Shown: positions 51,489 to 62,798, counted from the stretch's first letter. The stretch is 64,000 nt of DNA from Nitrospirota bacterium (GCA_963751455.1 CAVVUN010000006.1:128001-192000), one strand, 5' to 3'. A program made the numbers and translations. The notes: generated by a model from the letters alone, not told the origin.

Positions 51489-52271
51489 TCAGGAAAAAAT
51501 CGACCACTCTTTGCGCTGAATTCCGCACCTGACTCTTTCCACAAAGGCGTCATCCGCCCCGCTTTTATACATGTTCTCATAGAACGCACGGAGCGTCATC
51601 AGGTTGATGACGTCTTTTTTGCCTTGCACGTTGACCGGCGGGAGGGGTTGAACGGGGGCGTCTTTTGAAATCATTCCCTTCGATGCCGCGAAGCGGACGT
51701 ACTGTTTGCAATTGCAGGGATTATTTTTTTTGATGAACTGGCACATGTTCTCCATGTACCCGAACCATCGCTTCTTGGCGCGGTGAAGCGTCGTTTTGAC
51801 CGAGCCGACCGAACAATCCAGAATTTCAGCGATCTGCTTGTGCGGCAGGTCCAGCGTAATCGCCAGGCAGAACACCTTCCGTTCATTCGCCTGGAGGCAC
51901 TCGGTTAAGGCATGCAGGCACTTGATCCTTACCTGGTGGGCGAGAAGCTCGGTCTCCGGGTTGTTCGCGGGATTTCTATCTATCACTTCTTCAAATGAAT
52001 ATCCCATGTCCTCGGTCAGCATCTGGTAAGGGAGCTTGCTCCGGTATTTCAGATGGTCATTGGCGACGTTCAGCGCGATTCGGTATATCCAGGTGAAGAA
52101 GGAGCTTTCTTCCCGGAACGTGTCATAGGAACGAAAGGCGCGGAAGAACGTTTCCTGGGTGATGTCCTCGGCGTCGTGAGCGTTCCCAACGAGCGAAAGG
52201 GCGAGCCGGTACACTTTTACGTGGTTGTCGCGGTATAGTTGATCAAAATGTTCCTCGATTTCTTGAGACAA
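51489..52271 (-). CDS. ECF sigma factor with Cys-containing C-terminal extension
   Basis: DAEDITQETF, F.TWIYRIA.N, IAEIL..S.G.VK..LHRA; C....NPC.C tail. Confidence 0.9.
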   Translation of the reverse strand: MSQEIEEHFDQLYRDNHVKVYRLALSLVGNAHDAEDITQETFFRAFRSYDTFREESSFFTWIYRIALNVANDHLKYRSKLPYQMLTEDMGYSFEEVIDRNPANNPETELLAHQVRIKCLHALTECLQANERKVFCLAITLDLPHKQIAEILDCSVGSVKTTLHRAKKRWFGYMENMCQFIKKNNPCNCKQYVRFAASKGMISKDAPVQPLPPVNVQGKKDVINLMTLRAFYENMYKSGADDAFVERVRCGIQRKEWSIFS

Positions 52272-52379
52272 GGGGCACCTCTTTCTATGCGGCGAGCGTA
52301 CTATATTTTCAGGAAAGGAACAAGGGGAAAAAGCAGACTGAGAGCGCCGGGTGCAGGCGACGGGAAGCGACGGGTGTAT

Positions 52380-52414
52380 GAAGTTAGAAGTTAGAAGTTA
52401 GAAGTTAGAAGTTG
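52380..52414 (+). repeat. Heptamer tandem repeat (GAAGTTA)x~5
   Basis: GAAGTTAGAAGTTAGAAGTTAGAAGTTAGAAGTTG. Confidence 0.8.
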
Positions 52415-52468
52415 GGAGGTTCGGAGTGCGGATTGCACGCCCCGCACTCCTTCTTCTCTTCACTGCTA

Positions 52469-53275
52469 TCACGCAGCCGCACGTCCTTTTATCATTGCTT
52501 CCAGCTCCTGTTGATCCGGACCGACAAAGGGCTTCTGGTCCGGAGCCTGCGTCAGGAGGTGCAGCAGCTCTTCAGTCATAGTGTGCGCCGCCGGAAGATG
52601 ACTGCTCAGAATGACTTTTGGCGATACCATACGGATTCCATCGAGTGCCATTGCGAAGGTTTTCCGGTCCACCGCGTGCAGCCACGGTGAGTCTACCGTT
52701 GTCCAGGTCAGCAGTCCTTCCCCCAGCAGTTCTGATCCGATCGCGGCGGCGTCTTCTACCGGCTCTGCCATAAGCGCCCCGAAGCAATCCACGCTGAAAT
52801 AAGCAGCGCTTTTCGAATCATAAAACCCGGTCGACTCCGGAGCATCGTACGTCGGCGGCTTGATCGCGATGAGTGTCCGATCTCCCACGTTTATGGTTTG
52901 TCCCGGGTTCAGCAGGTAGATGCGCTCCATGGACAGAGGCCTGATCAGGCTCATTTTCCCGAGCGCAAGAAAGGTCGTGATAATGCGCAGCTTGGGAGCG
53001 ATCTCAAGGACCCGCTGGAGGCTTCCAATATGGTCCGAATCAACATGGGTCAGAAACAGCCACCTGAGATCCCGCGGGTCTATGACTTTTGACAATTTCT
53101 CGATAAACTGATCGGAGACAAGCGGCTGTCCCGTGTCTACGAGCACCGGTTCACCGGCCTTCAGAACGAAGGCATTTATCGGAAGGATACCCATTCCGGG
53201 TATGGGGAAATAGGAAGGTAAAACCTCTATATCCTGTGCTGCGCTGTACGGCTCAAACATTTTCGGCGTATCCAT
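52469..53275 (-). CDS. Metallo-beta-lactamase fold protein (FprA/ODP-like)
   Basis: LVDTG, THVDSDH.G, FS.DCFG. Confidence 0.85.
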   Translation of the reverse strand: MDTPKMFEPYSAAQDIEVLPSYFPIPGMGILPINAFVLKAGEPVLVDTGQPLVSDQFIEKLSKVIDPRDLRWLFLTHVDSDHIGSLQRVLEIAPKLRIITTFLALGKMSLIRPLSMERIYLLNPGQTINVGDRTLIAIKPPTYDAPESTGFYDSKSAAYFSVDCFGALMAEPVEDAAAIGSELLGEGLLTWTTVDSPWLHAVDRKTFAMALDGIRMVSPKVILSSHLPAAHTMTEELLHLLTQAPDQKPFVGPDQQELEAMIKGRAAA

Positions 53276-53314
53276 AGCTTACCTCCTAGCGATCGTGATC
53301 GGGTTTCAGCCCGA

Positions 53315-54761
53315 TTACGCTGCTTTCTTTTGCTTCCGTGGTTTGATATTGAAGTTGACGCGGAAAAGATTATCAGGATCGTAGATTGCCTTTACCTGCT
53401 GCAGTCTCGCATAGTTGGCCCCGAAGCTGGCCTCAAGCATTTTCTCCTTTTCCTCGGCAAGACCCGCAAAATTCAGGTACGTCCTCGACTGGGAAAGGTC
53501 CTGCACTTCTTTGAGCGATGTTCTCGTCCACTGGATATTGGCTTCGTCATCTTCCTTATTGTCCCAGTTGGACTCATAGTTGATGGTGAATTTGACATCC
53601 CGGCTTCCGAAGGCGGTCTCCGCCGGACCCACCCGGGCGAAAGCGCCGCCCATCGGCCAGATGTCGATGGAGGTGAGCAGCGACGGCCGCGACGCGCCAT
53701 GCCGGACCACTGCTTCGATCACCGGTTCGGTCAACTCCTTTATCAGCGTCGATTTCCAGTAATAGCGCCGGCCGCGCGGATAGTCTTCGTCGAAGAACTT
53801 CTGAACGTCGACCCACGTTTTGCGGCTCGTCAGGTCCGCAACCGCGGGTTTGCAGGTCCTCAGCGGCTCAAGAATCGCCTCCGCCTTCTCGGGAGGTCCG
53901 AGACAGCAGCCCAGCAGAAAGAGCACGTTGCTGCCGCGGTGCTTTTCGGGAACAGCCGGCAGATCCGGCGCGGTCCAGAGCGCACCCAGCACCATAAGCT
54001 CCTCCGGCGCCTCTGCCATGTACGAGCGCAGGAAACGGAGAACATCCGCAGCATGCTCCAGGGGAAAAAGGGTAACAGCGAACAGCAGTTCGCGCGGTAT
54101 GGGGTAAAGACGCGAGACAAAGGAGGTTACTACTCCGAAGTTGCCTCCGCCTCCCCGGAGCGCCCAGAAGAGATCGCTATGCTCTTCCGCGTTTGCCCGG
54201 CAGCAGCGCTCCATCCGCGGTAACGATCTCGGCTTCGACGAGGTTGTCTGCTGCCAGTCCGCGTTTCCTGAGCTGCCATCCCATGCCGCCGTGCAGCGTG
54301 AGGCCGGCGTATCCGGTTTCGGTTACGACACCTGTGGGCGTAGCAAGGCCGTGGACAAAGGTTTCGTGGTCCACATCGCCGAGCACAGCGCCGCCCTCGA
54401 TATGGACAACCTTTCTTTTCAGGTCAACCCGTACGGACCTCATCTCCGAAAGGTCCACGACCAGCCCTCCGTCGCACGTGGCATTGCCGGCAACGTTATG
54501 CCCTCCGCCGCGAACCGCAATCAGGATGCCGTATTCCCGCGCAAAGTTTACGCAATGGATCACGTCTGCCGTTCCCCGGCACTTCACGATAAGCCCCGGC
54601 CTCTTGTCGATCATCCCGTTCCAGAGCTTCCTCGATACTTCGTAGAGAGCGTCATCGGGCAGGATCAGCCTTCCGCGAAGTCTCCCCTTTAAAGCATCAA
54701 GCGCCGCTCCCTCAAGGACCGTTTCCCCTTCCGAGAGCGTTTTGACTTTCACAATTGACAT
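53315..54761 (-). CDS. FAD-binding oxidoreductase, berberine-bridge type (frameshift near 54205)
   Basis: RGGGHN, G..G.TL.GG.G, DLFWALRGGGGNFGVVT, Y.NF, K..YDP.NLF. Confidence 0.9.
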
Positions 54762-54866
54762 GATGGTACCTCTGTCCAGTATTCGGCATACACAGACAAT
54801 CTACGCGGCCGGACACTAGTACCCTGTAAAGGTAATTCTTGATGGTGTATTGCGCTTCTTTTTTCC

Positions 54867-54950
54867 GTCACCCCGGCATGACTTTAGCCGGGGTCCAGAG
54901 GTTTGAATCGAAATTTCCCTGGATTCCGGCTTAAAACGTGCCGGAATGAC
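54867..54950. repeat. GTCA..CCGG-type REP pair
   Basis: GTCACCCCGGC..GCCGGGGTCCAG ... CTGGATTCCGGC..GCCGGAATGAC. Confidence 0.55.
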
Positions 54951-54985
54951 GGCGTTGAACCATTAACAACTAAGTTTACGGAGTA

Positions 54986-56023
54986 CTAATCAAGCTTCGG
55001 CTTGGGCGTGCTTTCTGTTGAGGCGGGCAGGATCGGATAGGATACCGAAGGCTGCTCGCCCGTTGTTGTTCGAAGGAACTCACGGATTCTTTCAATTTCA
55101 GTCTGGTTCAATTTTATACCAAGCTGTGCATTCCCCATTATTGCGACCGCATCTGTAAGGCTCCATACCTTCCCCGAGTGGAAATACGGCGGGGTCAGCT
55201 CTATATTCCGGAGCGTCGGCGCCTTGAACCGGTATTCATCCGATTTGATTCCCGTGACCTTGAAGCGTCCCTTGTCGCCTGCCATGATATCAGCCGCGGG
55301 TTTCGCTATGACTCCGAATGGATAGTAGGCGGCTCCTCCCATGTTCACCCCGCCGTGGCATGCCGCGCAGCCCTTATCCATGAACAGCTTGAGCCCTTCC
55401 TTTTCTCCGCTGTTCAGCGAATCAGCTCCATTCAGGTACTGATCGAAGCGGGACCGGGGAGTGATGAGGGTGGCTTCAAACACGGCAATTGCCTTTACCA
55501 TGTTCTCAAAGGTGACCGGATCCTGTTCACCCGGGAAGGCTTTCTTGAAGATCATTACATATTCGGGCATGCTCTTGATGCTCTCAACCACGCGTGCAGG
55601 TGTATTGCTCATCTCGACCGCGGCCTGCACCGGTCCTTTGGCCTGCTGCGCAAGGTCTGCCGCCCTGCCGTCCCAGAATTGAGCGATGTTAAATACGGAG
55701 TTGAGAACAGTCGGCGCATTGCGCGGCCCTCTTTGCCATTTGTGCCCCACGGATGTTTCCTGAAAGTCGACGCCTCCCATTCCGAGATTGTGACAGGTAT
55801 TGCAGCTGATAAGACCGCTCGCTGACAACCGGGGGTCGAAATAAAGCTGTTTACCCAGAGCGACTTTATCGGGAGATGAGGGATTGTCCTTGACTGCGGG
55901 CGGCGTATCCGGTATGGAGATAAACATTTTCCCCGCCTGGGAGTCAAGAGCTTCATCCGCATAGGCTTCATTAATGATACCAAGAGCGAATATAAGCATT
56001 ACTCCGTATATAATCCGCTTCAT
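54986..56023 (-). CDS. ccp: Di-haem cytochrome c peroxidase
   Basis: LG..L.FDPRLS, CNTCH, RNAPT, QFWDGRA, CAACH, FK.PTLRN...T.PYFH.G. Confidence 0.95.
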   Translation of the reverse strand: MKRIIYGVMLIFALGIINEAYADEALDSQAGKMFISIPDTPPAVKDNPSSPDKVALGKQLYFDPRLSASGLISCNTCHNLGMGGVDFQETSVGHKWQRGPRNAPTVLNSVFNIAQFWDGRAADLAQQAKGPVQAAVEMSNTPARVVESIKSMPEYVMIFKKAFPGEQDPVTFENMVKAIAVFEATLITPRSRFDQYLNGADSLNSGEKEGLKLFMDKGCAACHGGVNMGGAAYYPFGVIAKPAADIMAGDKGRFKVTGIKSDEYRFKAPTLRNIELTPPYFHSGKVWSLTDAVAIMGNAQLGIKLNQTEIERIREFLRTTTGEQPSVSYPILPASTESTPKPKLD

Positions 56024-56212
56024 TTGACACCTCCTCTGCTTGACGGATACTATTTTGAATATAGCACGCCATGCCGGAATGTGCCCCGGCGAGCGGGTAA
56101 TCACTGCATAACGCATCACTAAACTTTTAGAGGCATATTTAAAGAAAGTCTGTTGCAGAAATTATTTTTTTGGGATAATCTTGACGCACGTATTCCGGGC
56201 TGAGGAGGTATT

Positions 56213-57113
56213 GTGGAGCGTCAGGAGCGTTTCAGCAGTGCGAACAGGGTCATTCAGACAGGGTTCTGGATAAACGCCGCGCTTATGACCATGAAGCTCC
56301 TCGCGGGTCATTTCGGCAGGTCCGAGGCGGTCTTTGCCGACGGCATGGAGAGCGCTGCTGATTTCATCGCCATCCTCGCAAGCATGGCCGCGCTTCGCAT
56401 CGGGCGCAAACCGTTTGACGAGCAGCATCCCTACGGCCACGGCAAAGCCGAAAGCATCGCCGCCATCGTCGTTGCCCTGGTCATCTTCGCGACCGGCGGC
56501 TGGATCCTTATCCGGTCAATCCATACGATCATAGATCGGGCATACGAGGTCCCGGGTGCTGTTGCGGTTGCCGCGGCCTTTCTGACCATCATCACCAAGG
56601 AGGCGCTCTACCGGTATACCTATGCTGCCGGCAGAAAACTCGGGAGCCCTGCCATCCTGGCCTCCGCGAAGGACCATCGGAAGGATGCAATTACTTCTGT
56701 CAGCACGTTGATCGGCGTGACCGGCGCTTTTTTCGGCCTGACAATCCTGGACCCCATTGCCGCCGGGCTCACCTCCTTCTTTATCTTTTACATCGGTTAT
56801 GAGACCTTTATGAGCGCCGCAAACGATCTGATGGACGGCAGCCCTGCTGACGAGTGCGTGGGCGATATCGTAAAGATCGCAGAGAGCTGTTGAAGGCGTC
56901 GAGCACGTGCATGAGATCCGCTGCCGCCGGTCCGGCCAGTACCTTATCGTGGACCTCAAGCTCGACATGGACCCGGACATGACCGTGCGGAAGTCACATG
57001 CCATAGCAACTGAGGTGAAACGGCTGATCTTTGTGCAGGTCCCGAATGTGGGCGACGTGATGATCCACATCAATCCTCACGAGGAAGACCATGAGGACCT
57101 GGTCCGGCTGTGA
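56213..57113 (+). CDS. CDF family cation transporter (frameshift near 56890)
   Basis: S.A..AD, D..HPYGHGKAE, H.KD, H.IA..V, V.IH.NP. Confidence 0.9.
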
Positions 57114-57144
57114 AATGTCTCAGAACGGGAGCTGTTCACGTTTT

Positions 57145-57310
57145 GTAACTATTCAGGTCATTTTTTTATCCGCAGATTACGCAGATTACGCAGATAAAAA
57201 CAAAACCAGAATTCCGGTTAAAATCTGCGTAAATCTGCGAAATCTGCGGATAGAAGGGTTTTTTCTCAGATTTGTCTTAATGCCGTTCTGAAAAGAAGCT
57301 GAATGGTTAC
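57145..57310 (-). mobile_element. MITE family A, copy 3, 8-bp TSD CACGTTTT
   Basis: Reverse orientation; TSD at 57137-57144 and 57311-57318. Confidence 0.9.
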
Positions 57311-57329
57311 CACGTTTTTTAAATTTACT

Positions 57330-57704
57330 TTACGCAGCCTTTTTCCGTTCAGCAGCGTTCATCCTGGCTTCTATATATTCTTTCAAGGCGGCAGCGTTGT
57401 TGAAGCGTTCCTCCTTTGCTCCGAACAGCAGCGAGACTGTTCCCTTCCGCGCAGCATCGGCTATCGCATCAACGATTTCTTCCCTGCCCTTCAGTTCCTT
57501 GATATAGCGTTTTTTGAATTCGTCCCACTTGTCTGAATCGTGACCAAACCATTTCCTGAGGTCGCTGCTCGGCGCAAGCTCTTTCAGCCATTCATCGATC
57601 CGCGCTTTTTCCTTCTTCAGTCCTCTCGGCCAGAGCCGGTCAATCAGTATTCTTTTGCCGTCTGCCCTTGACGGAGGTTCATAGACACGTTTTATATTTA
57701 TCAT
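57330..57704 (-). CDS. DUF488 (YeaO-like) protein
   Basis: KRVY.P....DG.RIL.DRLWPRG, W.K..APS..LR.WF.HD. Confidence 0.92.
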   Translation of the reverse strand: MINIKRVYEPPSRADGKRILIDRLWPRGLKKEKARIDEWLKELAPSSDLRKWFGHDSDKWDEFKKRYIKELKGREEIVDAIADAARKGTVSLLFGAKEERFNNAAALKEYIEARMNAAERKKAA

Positions 57705-57837
57705 TTGCCTTCCTCACACAATAACCATGGCATTCAAAATGAGACATCCGGCTGATTAATTTTATCATGCTTTCCGGATTGCCGCGCGGCAAACTGATGT
57801 GATAGTCTTAAGACAAGTGCATTCAAGAAGAATTCAA

Positions 57838-58655
57838 ATGAATACAATTAAAGATTATTCATAAACTACGGGATCAATCGGCTCTTGTTACGGGCGGCAA
57901 TACCGGCATCGGCAAGGCCATAGCAAACGCATTTGGAGAAGAAGGTTGTAATGTGGCCGTGAACTATATCGCCGGGGAAGAAGACGCCCAAAGAGTCGCA
58001 GATGATATCCGGCAGCAAGGAGTCAAAAGCCTGGCTCATAAGGCTGATGTGAGCAGCGAGGACGAGGTCAGGCAGATGTTTCGCCGGATGATCGAGGAGT
58101 TCGGCACAATTGATATTCTTGTAAATAATGCCGGGATCCAGAAGGACGCGCCGCTCATTGATATGTCCCTTGAATACTGGAAGCGGGTAATAGACGTAAA
58201 TCTCACCGGTTATTTCCTCTGTGCACGCGAGGCCGCGCGCGAATTCATCAGACGCGGCGTCGTGCCGAGCGCTCTGCAGCGGCCGGCAAGATCATCTGCA
58301 TCAGTTCGGTACACGAGGTCATCCCCTGGGCCGGCCACTGCAACTACGCGGCGTCAAAAGGAGGCGTCATGCTTCTGATGAAGACCATGGCACAGGAACT
58401 TGCACCCGATAAGGTCCGCGTAAACAGCATTTGTCCCGGCGCGATCAGGACGAACATTAATACGAAGCCTGGGAATACCCACAAGCGGCCGCGGAACTGC
58501 TCAAGCTTATACCCTACGGCAGAATCGGATTGCCCGACGATATTGCAAGAGCAGCGGTATGGCTTGCATCTGACGAGTCCGACTACATGACCGGCGCTTC
58601 GGTCTATATCGACGGCGGAATGACGCTCTACCCCGGATTTTCCGAGAGAGGATAA
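57838..58655 (+). CDS. SDR oxidoreductase, glucose 1-dehydrogenase-like (several frameshifts)
   Basis: ALVTGG.TGIG, ILVNNAG, SSVHE.IPW, YAASKGG, IDGGM.LYP. Confidence 0.88.
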
Positions 58656-58698
58656 GGAACCCGTAAAATGGGAAGTCGCCTGCGTGCTCAAAAACGAT

Positions 58699-59625
58699 TC
58701 ATCTCTTTTTTGTAAGAGTATAGAAATCGATCAACTTGCCTTTAGTGCTGTAGAATTCGAAGAGTACCGCAGTGTTTGAGGCGGTAATCAGCATGGCGCC
58801 ATGATCTTCATTGTACCGGAACCTGCTTCCGGGCACTTCCGATTCCATTGCGTGAATAAAAGAGCCGCCGAGCCCGTTGACAAAGTATGCAATGTCATCT
58901 ACCATTATGCTCTCGTAGATGTGATTATCACCTGAAATGACCGTATCCACTCCCCAGGCTTTAAAAGGCCACCTCATGACTTTGGATGAACCCTTTTTCC
59001 CTGATGAAAACGGAGCAGAGTGAAAATAGACGAGCTTGAAACTGCTTTGTGAACTGTTGACCGCAAGCCGCAGCCACTCTGCCTGGCGGGAATCGGCTTT
59101 GTTTCCGTCAGGCTCATTGTCCTCGCTGTTCAACACAAAAAACTGAACCGGGCCCCATACAAAGGTATAATACCGTTCGTTTCCCGGTAAGGTAAAATAA
59201 TCCAGGTACGGCCGGGCGCACGCCGCGCCCCAATCGTGATTTCCCATGCTCGGGAAGAAACGGTTCACGTTTCCGCCCGGTCCATATCTCCCGGGATAGG
59301 GATGAATAAATTCATTATAGTATTTGCCTATATTGGCATCGATCGTCGCTGCCTCTCCCGACGGATAATTGTTATCACCGGTGGTAATAATGAAATCCGG
59401 CTTCCAGGATTTTACGAGCTGGGAAACTGCGAGTTCTCCTGGACTGTCTGCGCCGAAATCTCCGATTACGGCGAATCGGATCTTCGCGGCGGTGTTGAAA
59501 ACCGGGACCGGACCTGTTGATGACGCCGGCCAGATGCAGTTACTGCCCGTTGTCGCGCATCCTGTCAACAGAATAAGGATCACCAGGCACAGTCTTGCAA
59601 GAATATGTCTCAAACCCGTTTTCAT
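58699..59625 (-). CDS. Metallophosphoesterase lipoprotein (acid phosphatase-like)
   Basis: Lipobox LTGC; GD.G, GDNNY, GNHD, H..P, SG..H.YE. Confidence 0.88.
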   Translation of the reverse strand: MKTGLRHILARLCLVILILLTGCATTGSNCIWPASSTGPVPVFNTAAKIRFAVIGDFGADSPGELAVSQLVKSWKPDFIITTGDNNYPSGEAATIDANIGKYYNEFIHPYPGRYGPGGNVNRFFPSMGNHDWGAACARPYLDYFTLPGNERYYTFVWGPVQFFVLNSEDNEPDGNKADSRQAEWLRLAVNSSQSSFKLVYFHSAPFSSGKKGSSKVMRWPFKAWGVDTVISGDNHIYESIMVDDIAYFVNGLGGSFIHAMESEVPGSRFRYNEDHGAMLITASNTAVLFEFYSTKGKLIDFYTLTKKR

Positions 59626-59674
59626 GATATCCGCACACGTGCAGGGGAGGACTGTTTCTCGGTTGGTTGGTCTC

Positions 59675-60193
59675 TCAGCCATTAACTTCTCCGATGGCGG
59701 CCCCTGCTCCCCACTCCTCTTCTTTCTCCTCCTCGTCCTCAACCGCGATCGGTTCGCTTTTAATGAAGAGGATCGAGCAGGGTATCTTTCTCAACAATTC
59801 CTTGTTTTTCCCGCCGAAGAGAAAGTGCTCGAGCCGTGCTTCCTCGTGCGCGGGTAAGACCATGAGGTCGATCTCTTTTTCCCTGATCACCTCCAGGATA
59901 TCGTTCACCGGCTTTCCCTCGCGGACCATATGCTCTATCGCAATTCCCTGCTGCGTCTCGCGGTTGATGATTACCTGCATGTCGGACTTGATTTTCCGGA
60001 GGAGCTGCTGATAGTCCTTTTCGAGGGAAGGCCTTGGAAGACTTAGCCCTTTCACGCCGAATGGATTGTAGACCACGGTCAGAACGACCAGCTCCGCCCT
60101 GGTGTCGCGGGCGAGCGTGGCCGCGTAGTGAACAGTTTCTCCGCAATCGCTCACTGTCCCGCAAATTGCGAGGATCCGTTTAATGTCTTTCAT
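59675..60193 (-). CDS. Universal stress protein
   Basis: KRIL.., V.EG.P...I...., DL.V.., L.FG....L...PCS.L. Confidence 0.85.
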   Translation of the reverse strand: MKDIKRILAICGTVSDCGETVHYAATLARDTRAELVVLTVVYNPFGVKGLSLPRPSLEKDYQQLLRKIKSDMQVIINRETQQGIAIEHMVREGKPVNDILEVIREKEIDLMVLPAHEEARLEHFLFGGKNKELLRKIPCSILFIKSEPIAVEDEEEKEEEWGAGAAIGEVNG

Positions 60194-60408
60194 AGTGCCT
60201 CCGCAGTATGCCGGGTTGTATGTACCGCAGGACGGCAACTATCTTTTCTAATTTAGAAGTAGCAAATTAAAAAGCTGAAGTCAAGCCGGATAAGGGCTGA
60301 GAGGATGAGGGCGGGGCGTTCCTGCAACTTTATCTTTTGTACAGGAGTGGGACCGCGGAACTGAGCGGCAGGCGCCCAGAACGATTGAAGCCCGGGCTTC
60401 TTCACCTG

Positions 60409-62607
60409 TTATATCGTGATAAAGTCAGGCGTCTTTGCGTCCAGGACTTTCCGGACTGCGGTAAGAAGCTGTCCAGTTTCAAAAGGTTTGTGAAGAAAAC
60501 CGTCGATCGTCGTGATGTCCTGTTTGTCGGCCACGTATTTCGTGTATCCGGACACAGCAAGGACTTTTACATCCGGCTTGTTTTGCTTGAATTGCCTGAT
60601 CAATTCTTTCCCGTCGATACCGGGCATCACGATATCGGTTATCAGCAGATCTATGTTTTGAGGGAGCCGTCTGAACATGTCCACGGCGTTCACCGGATCG
60701 GATGCTGCAATGAGGCGGTAGCCGTGGCTGCGGAGGCTTTCCTCCATTGAGTGCAGTATCTGCTCTTCATCATCAACGACGAAAATGGTTTCCGTGCCGG
60801 TAACTGCTGCGTAAGCCGGCTTCTCCTTGCGCGGCGAGGCCGGCTGAAAGACCGGTAAATAAACGATAAAGGTGCTGCCCTCCCCGATCTTGCTTTGGAC
60901 CATGATATATCCTTTATGTTCCTTCACTGCGCCGTACACCATCGACAGGCCCAGCCCGGTTCCCTTTCCCCGTTCCTTGGTTGTAAAAAAAGGCTCGAAG
61001 ATCGTGCTCAACAGGTGCTCCGGAATTCCAATGCCGGTGTCGGCCACGCTCAGCCTGATATATCGTCCGGCCGGTACGTACAGGGGCACGTCATCCTCTC
61101 CTTTTTTAACTTCCCGTGCAACAGCCTTGATCGTAATGCCGCCGCCTTCGGGCATCGCGTCGCGGGCATTGACGATCAGGTTCATGAGCACCTGCTGTAA
61201 ATGGTTGATATCGCCTTGAATGAACGGCAGGTCTCCGTCCAGCTCGACCCGGATAGTAATACTCCTATCGATGATCTGTTCCAACAGCTTTACCGTGTCA
61301 TAGACTACATCGTTCACGTTGATCGGAACGATTTGATAATTGCTCTTGCGCGCAAAACCAAGAAGTTTGGAGATCATCTGCCCCGCCCGCCGCGCTGCGT
61401 CTTCGATCACGTTGAGGCTTCGTATCGCTTTTTCATTCAGATTCTCGCTCAGGCGCACGATGTGCGTGTGCCCGAGAACCGCGGTCAATATGTTGTTGAG
61501 ATCGTGCGCTATTCCGCCGGCGAGAACGCCGACGGATTCCATTTTCTGAGACTGGAACAGATGCTGCTGGATCTTCTTCTTCTCGGTGATATCGCGGTAA
61601 AACGACTGGATGAAAAGCTCTTCCCCGATTTCGATCGTCGTTGAGCTGATTTCGAGATAGATGAGAGTGCCGTCCTTTTTATTGTGGACAGCCTCGTAGA
61701 CGAGAGCTTCTCCGTCGAGGATCCGGCGCATCCTTTCAACAATGCCGTCCTTGCTGCCGCTGTCTTCGAGGAGTTTTACATGTGTTCCCGTCAGCGCTTC
61801 CCTGGTAAAACCATGCATCGCGCAGGCTTTCTCGTTAACGTTCATGATGATTCCGTTGCGGTCCACAATGATAATGCCGTCGGAGGCATTCTCGAATACC
61901 GCCCGGTGCCACTGCTCGGATTTCCTCAACTCGATTGTCCGGTCTTCTACCATGCCCTTGAGCTGGCGCGAATAGACTTCCAGCTGTTTTCTCTGTTGCT
62001 CAAGATCGCCGGAATACTGTTCGAGTTTCTGTTTCTCCTGTGCCAGTTCCTCGCGGAGATTGAATTCATTGACAATGAGCTTTTGATTCTGCTGCCTCCA
62101 GACAAGCGCAATGATGAACGTGGCAATCATGAAAAAATTGTTGCTGATGAAGACCGGATCACTGATGGATTCCCGCAGCGCAATCGGGAGGACGTAAATA
62201 CCGTAAATGAGCACGAGAACGACGGTCGACAATGCCAGGTCGATCGGAATGAATCCGAGCGCGCAGATGGCGACAAGGTTCAGGCCGGCGTAATAGACCG
62301 AATGCTGGCCGCCTGATTCGAGAACCATTACTTCAATGGCTACGGCCGACAGCGTAGTCGCGCATACGATGACCAGGTACTGGTAAAGCTTGCCGGTTTT
62401 CAGCTTATTCACATGGTAAAGAAGAATGAGCATGGCCGAGATCAGCAGCCGGTAGGTCATGAACGTCTTGAACTTGAAGGGAACGAGGAAGAAATCCATG
62501 CTGCCCAGGAGGAGGAACAGGATGGACCCGAGCAGGAGAACATTACTGACCCACTTTTGTGCTATCTGTGAAAGGTGCACATCAAGTGACACTCGATCAT
62601 TCATCAT
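60409..62607 (-). CDS. Multi-TM PAS hybrid histidine kinase (HisKA-HATPase-REC)
   Basis: About 6 N-terminal TM helices; QSQKMES.G.LAGGIAHD.NNIL; FEPFFTTK..GKGTGLGL; C-terminal REC. Confidence 0.93.
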   Translation of the reverse strand: MMNDRVSLDVHLSQIAQKWVSNVLLLGSILFLLLGSMDFFLVPFKFKTFMTYRLLISAMLILLYHVNKLKTGKLYQYLVIVCATTLSAVAIEVMVLESGGQHSVYYAGLNLVAICALGFIPIDLALSTVVLVLIYGIYVLPIALRESISDPVFISNNFFMIATFIIALVWRQQNQKLIVNEFNLREELAQEKQKLEQYSGDLEQQRKQLEVYSRQLKGMVEDRTIELRKSEQWHRAVFENASDGIIIVDRNGIIMNVNEKACAMHGFTREALTGTHVKLLEDSGSKDGIVERMRRILDGEALVYEAVHNKKDGTLIYLEISSTTIEIGEELFIQSFYRDITEKKKIQQHLFQSQKMESVGVLAGGIAHDLNNILTAVLGHTHIVRLSENLNEKAIRSLNVIEDAARRAGQMISKLLGFARKSNYQIVPINVNDVVYDTVKLLEQIIDRSITIRVELDGDLPFIQGDINHLQQVLMNLIVNARDAMPEGGGITIKAVAREVKKGEDDVPLYVPAGRYIRLSVADTGIGIPEHLLSTIFEPFFTTKERGKGTGLGLSMVYGAVKEHKGYIMVQSKIGEGSTFIVYLPVFQPASPRKEKPAYAAVTGTETIFVVDDEEQILHSMEESLRSHGYRLIAASDPVNAVDMFRRLPQNIDLLITDIVMPGIDGKELIRQFKQNKPDVKVLAVSGYTKYVADKQDITTIDGFLHKPFETGQLLTAVRKVLDAKTPDFITI

Positions 62608-62798
62608 ACGATTATAGCACTAGGCCGAAAAATTGAAAGATTAAACAGGATCAATAACGCCTTTTTCACTTTCTAATAACCTGCAGCAAACTGCAACCTC
62701 TCGTGCTCTTTTCTATTGCGGCAAGTCTGCGGATTTTTTTACCTCTTTACAGCCGAACAGCCGAACATCAGGACGATGTCCGGCTGTCCTGACCGCTG

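Noticed and set aside
52380-52414. CRISPR array
   Set aside because: Simple heptamer tandem repeat with no spacers; no cas genes in the window.
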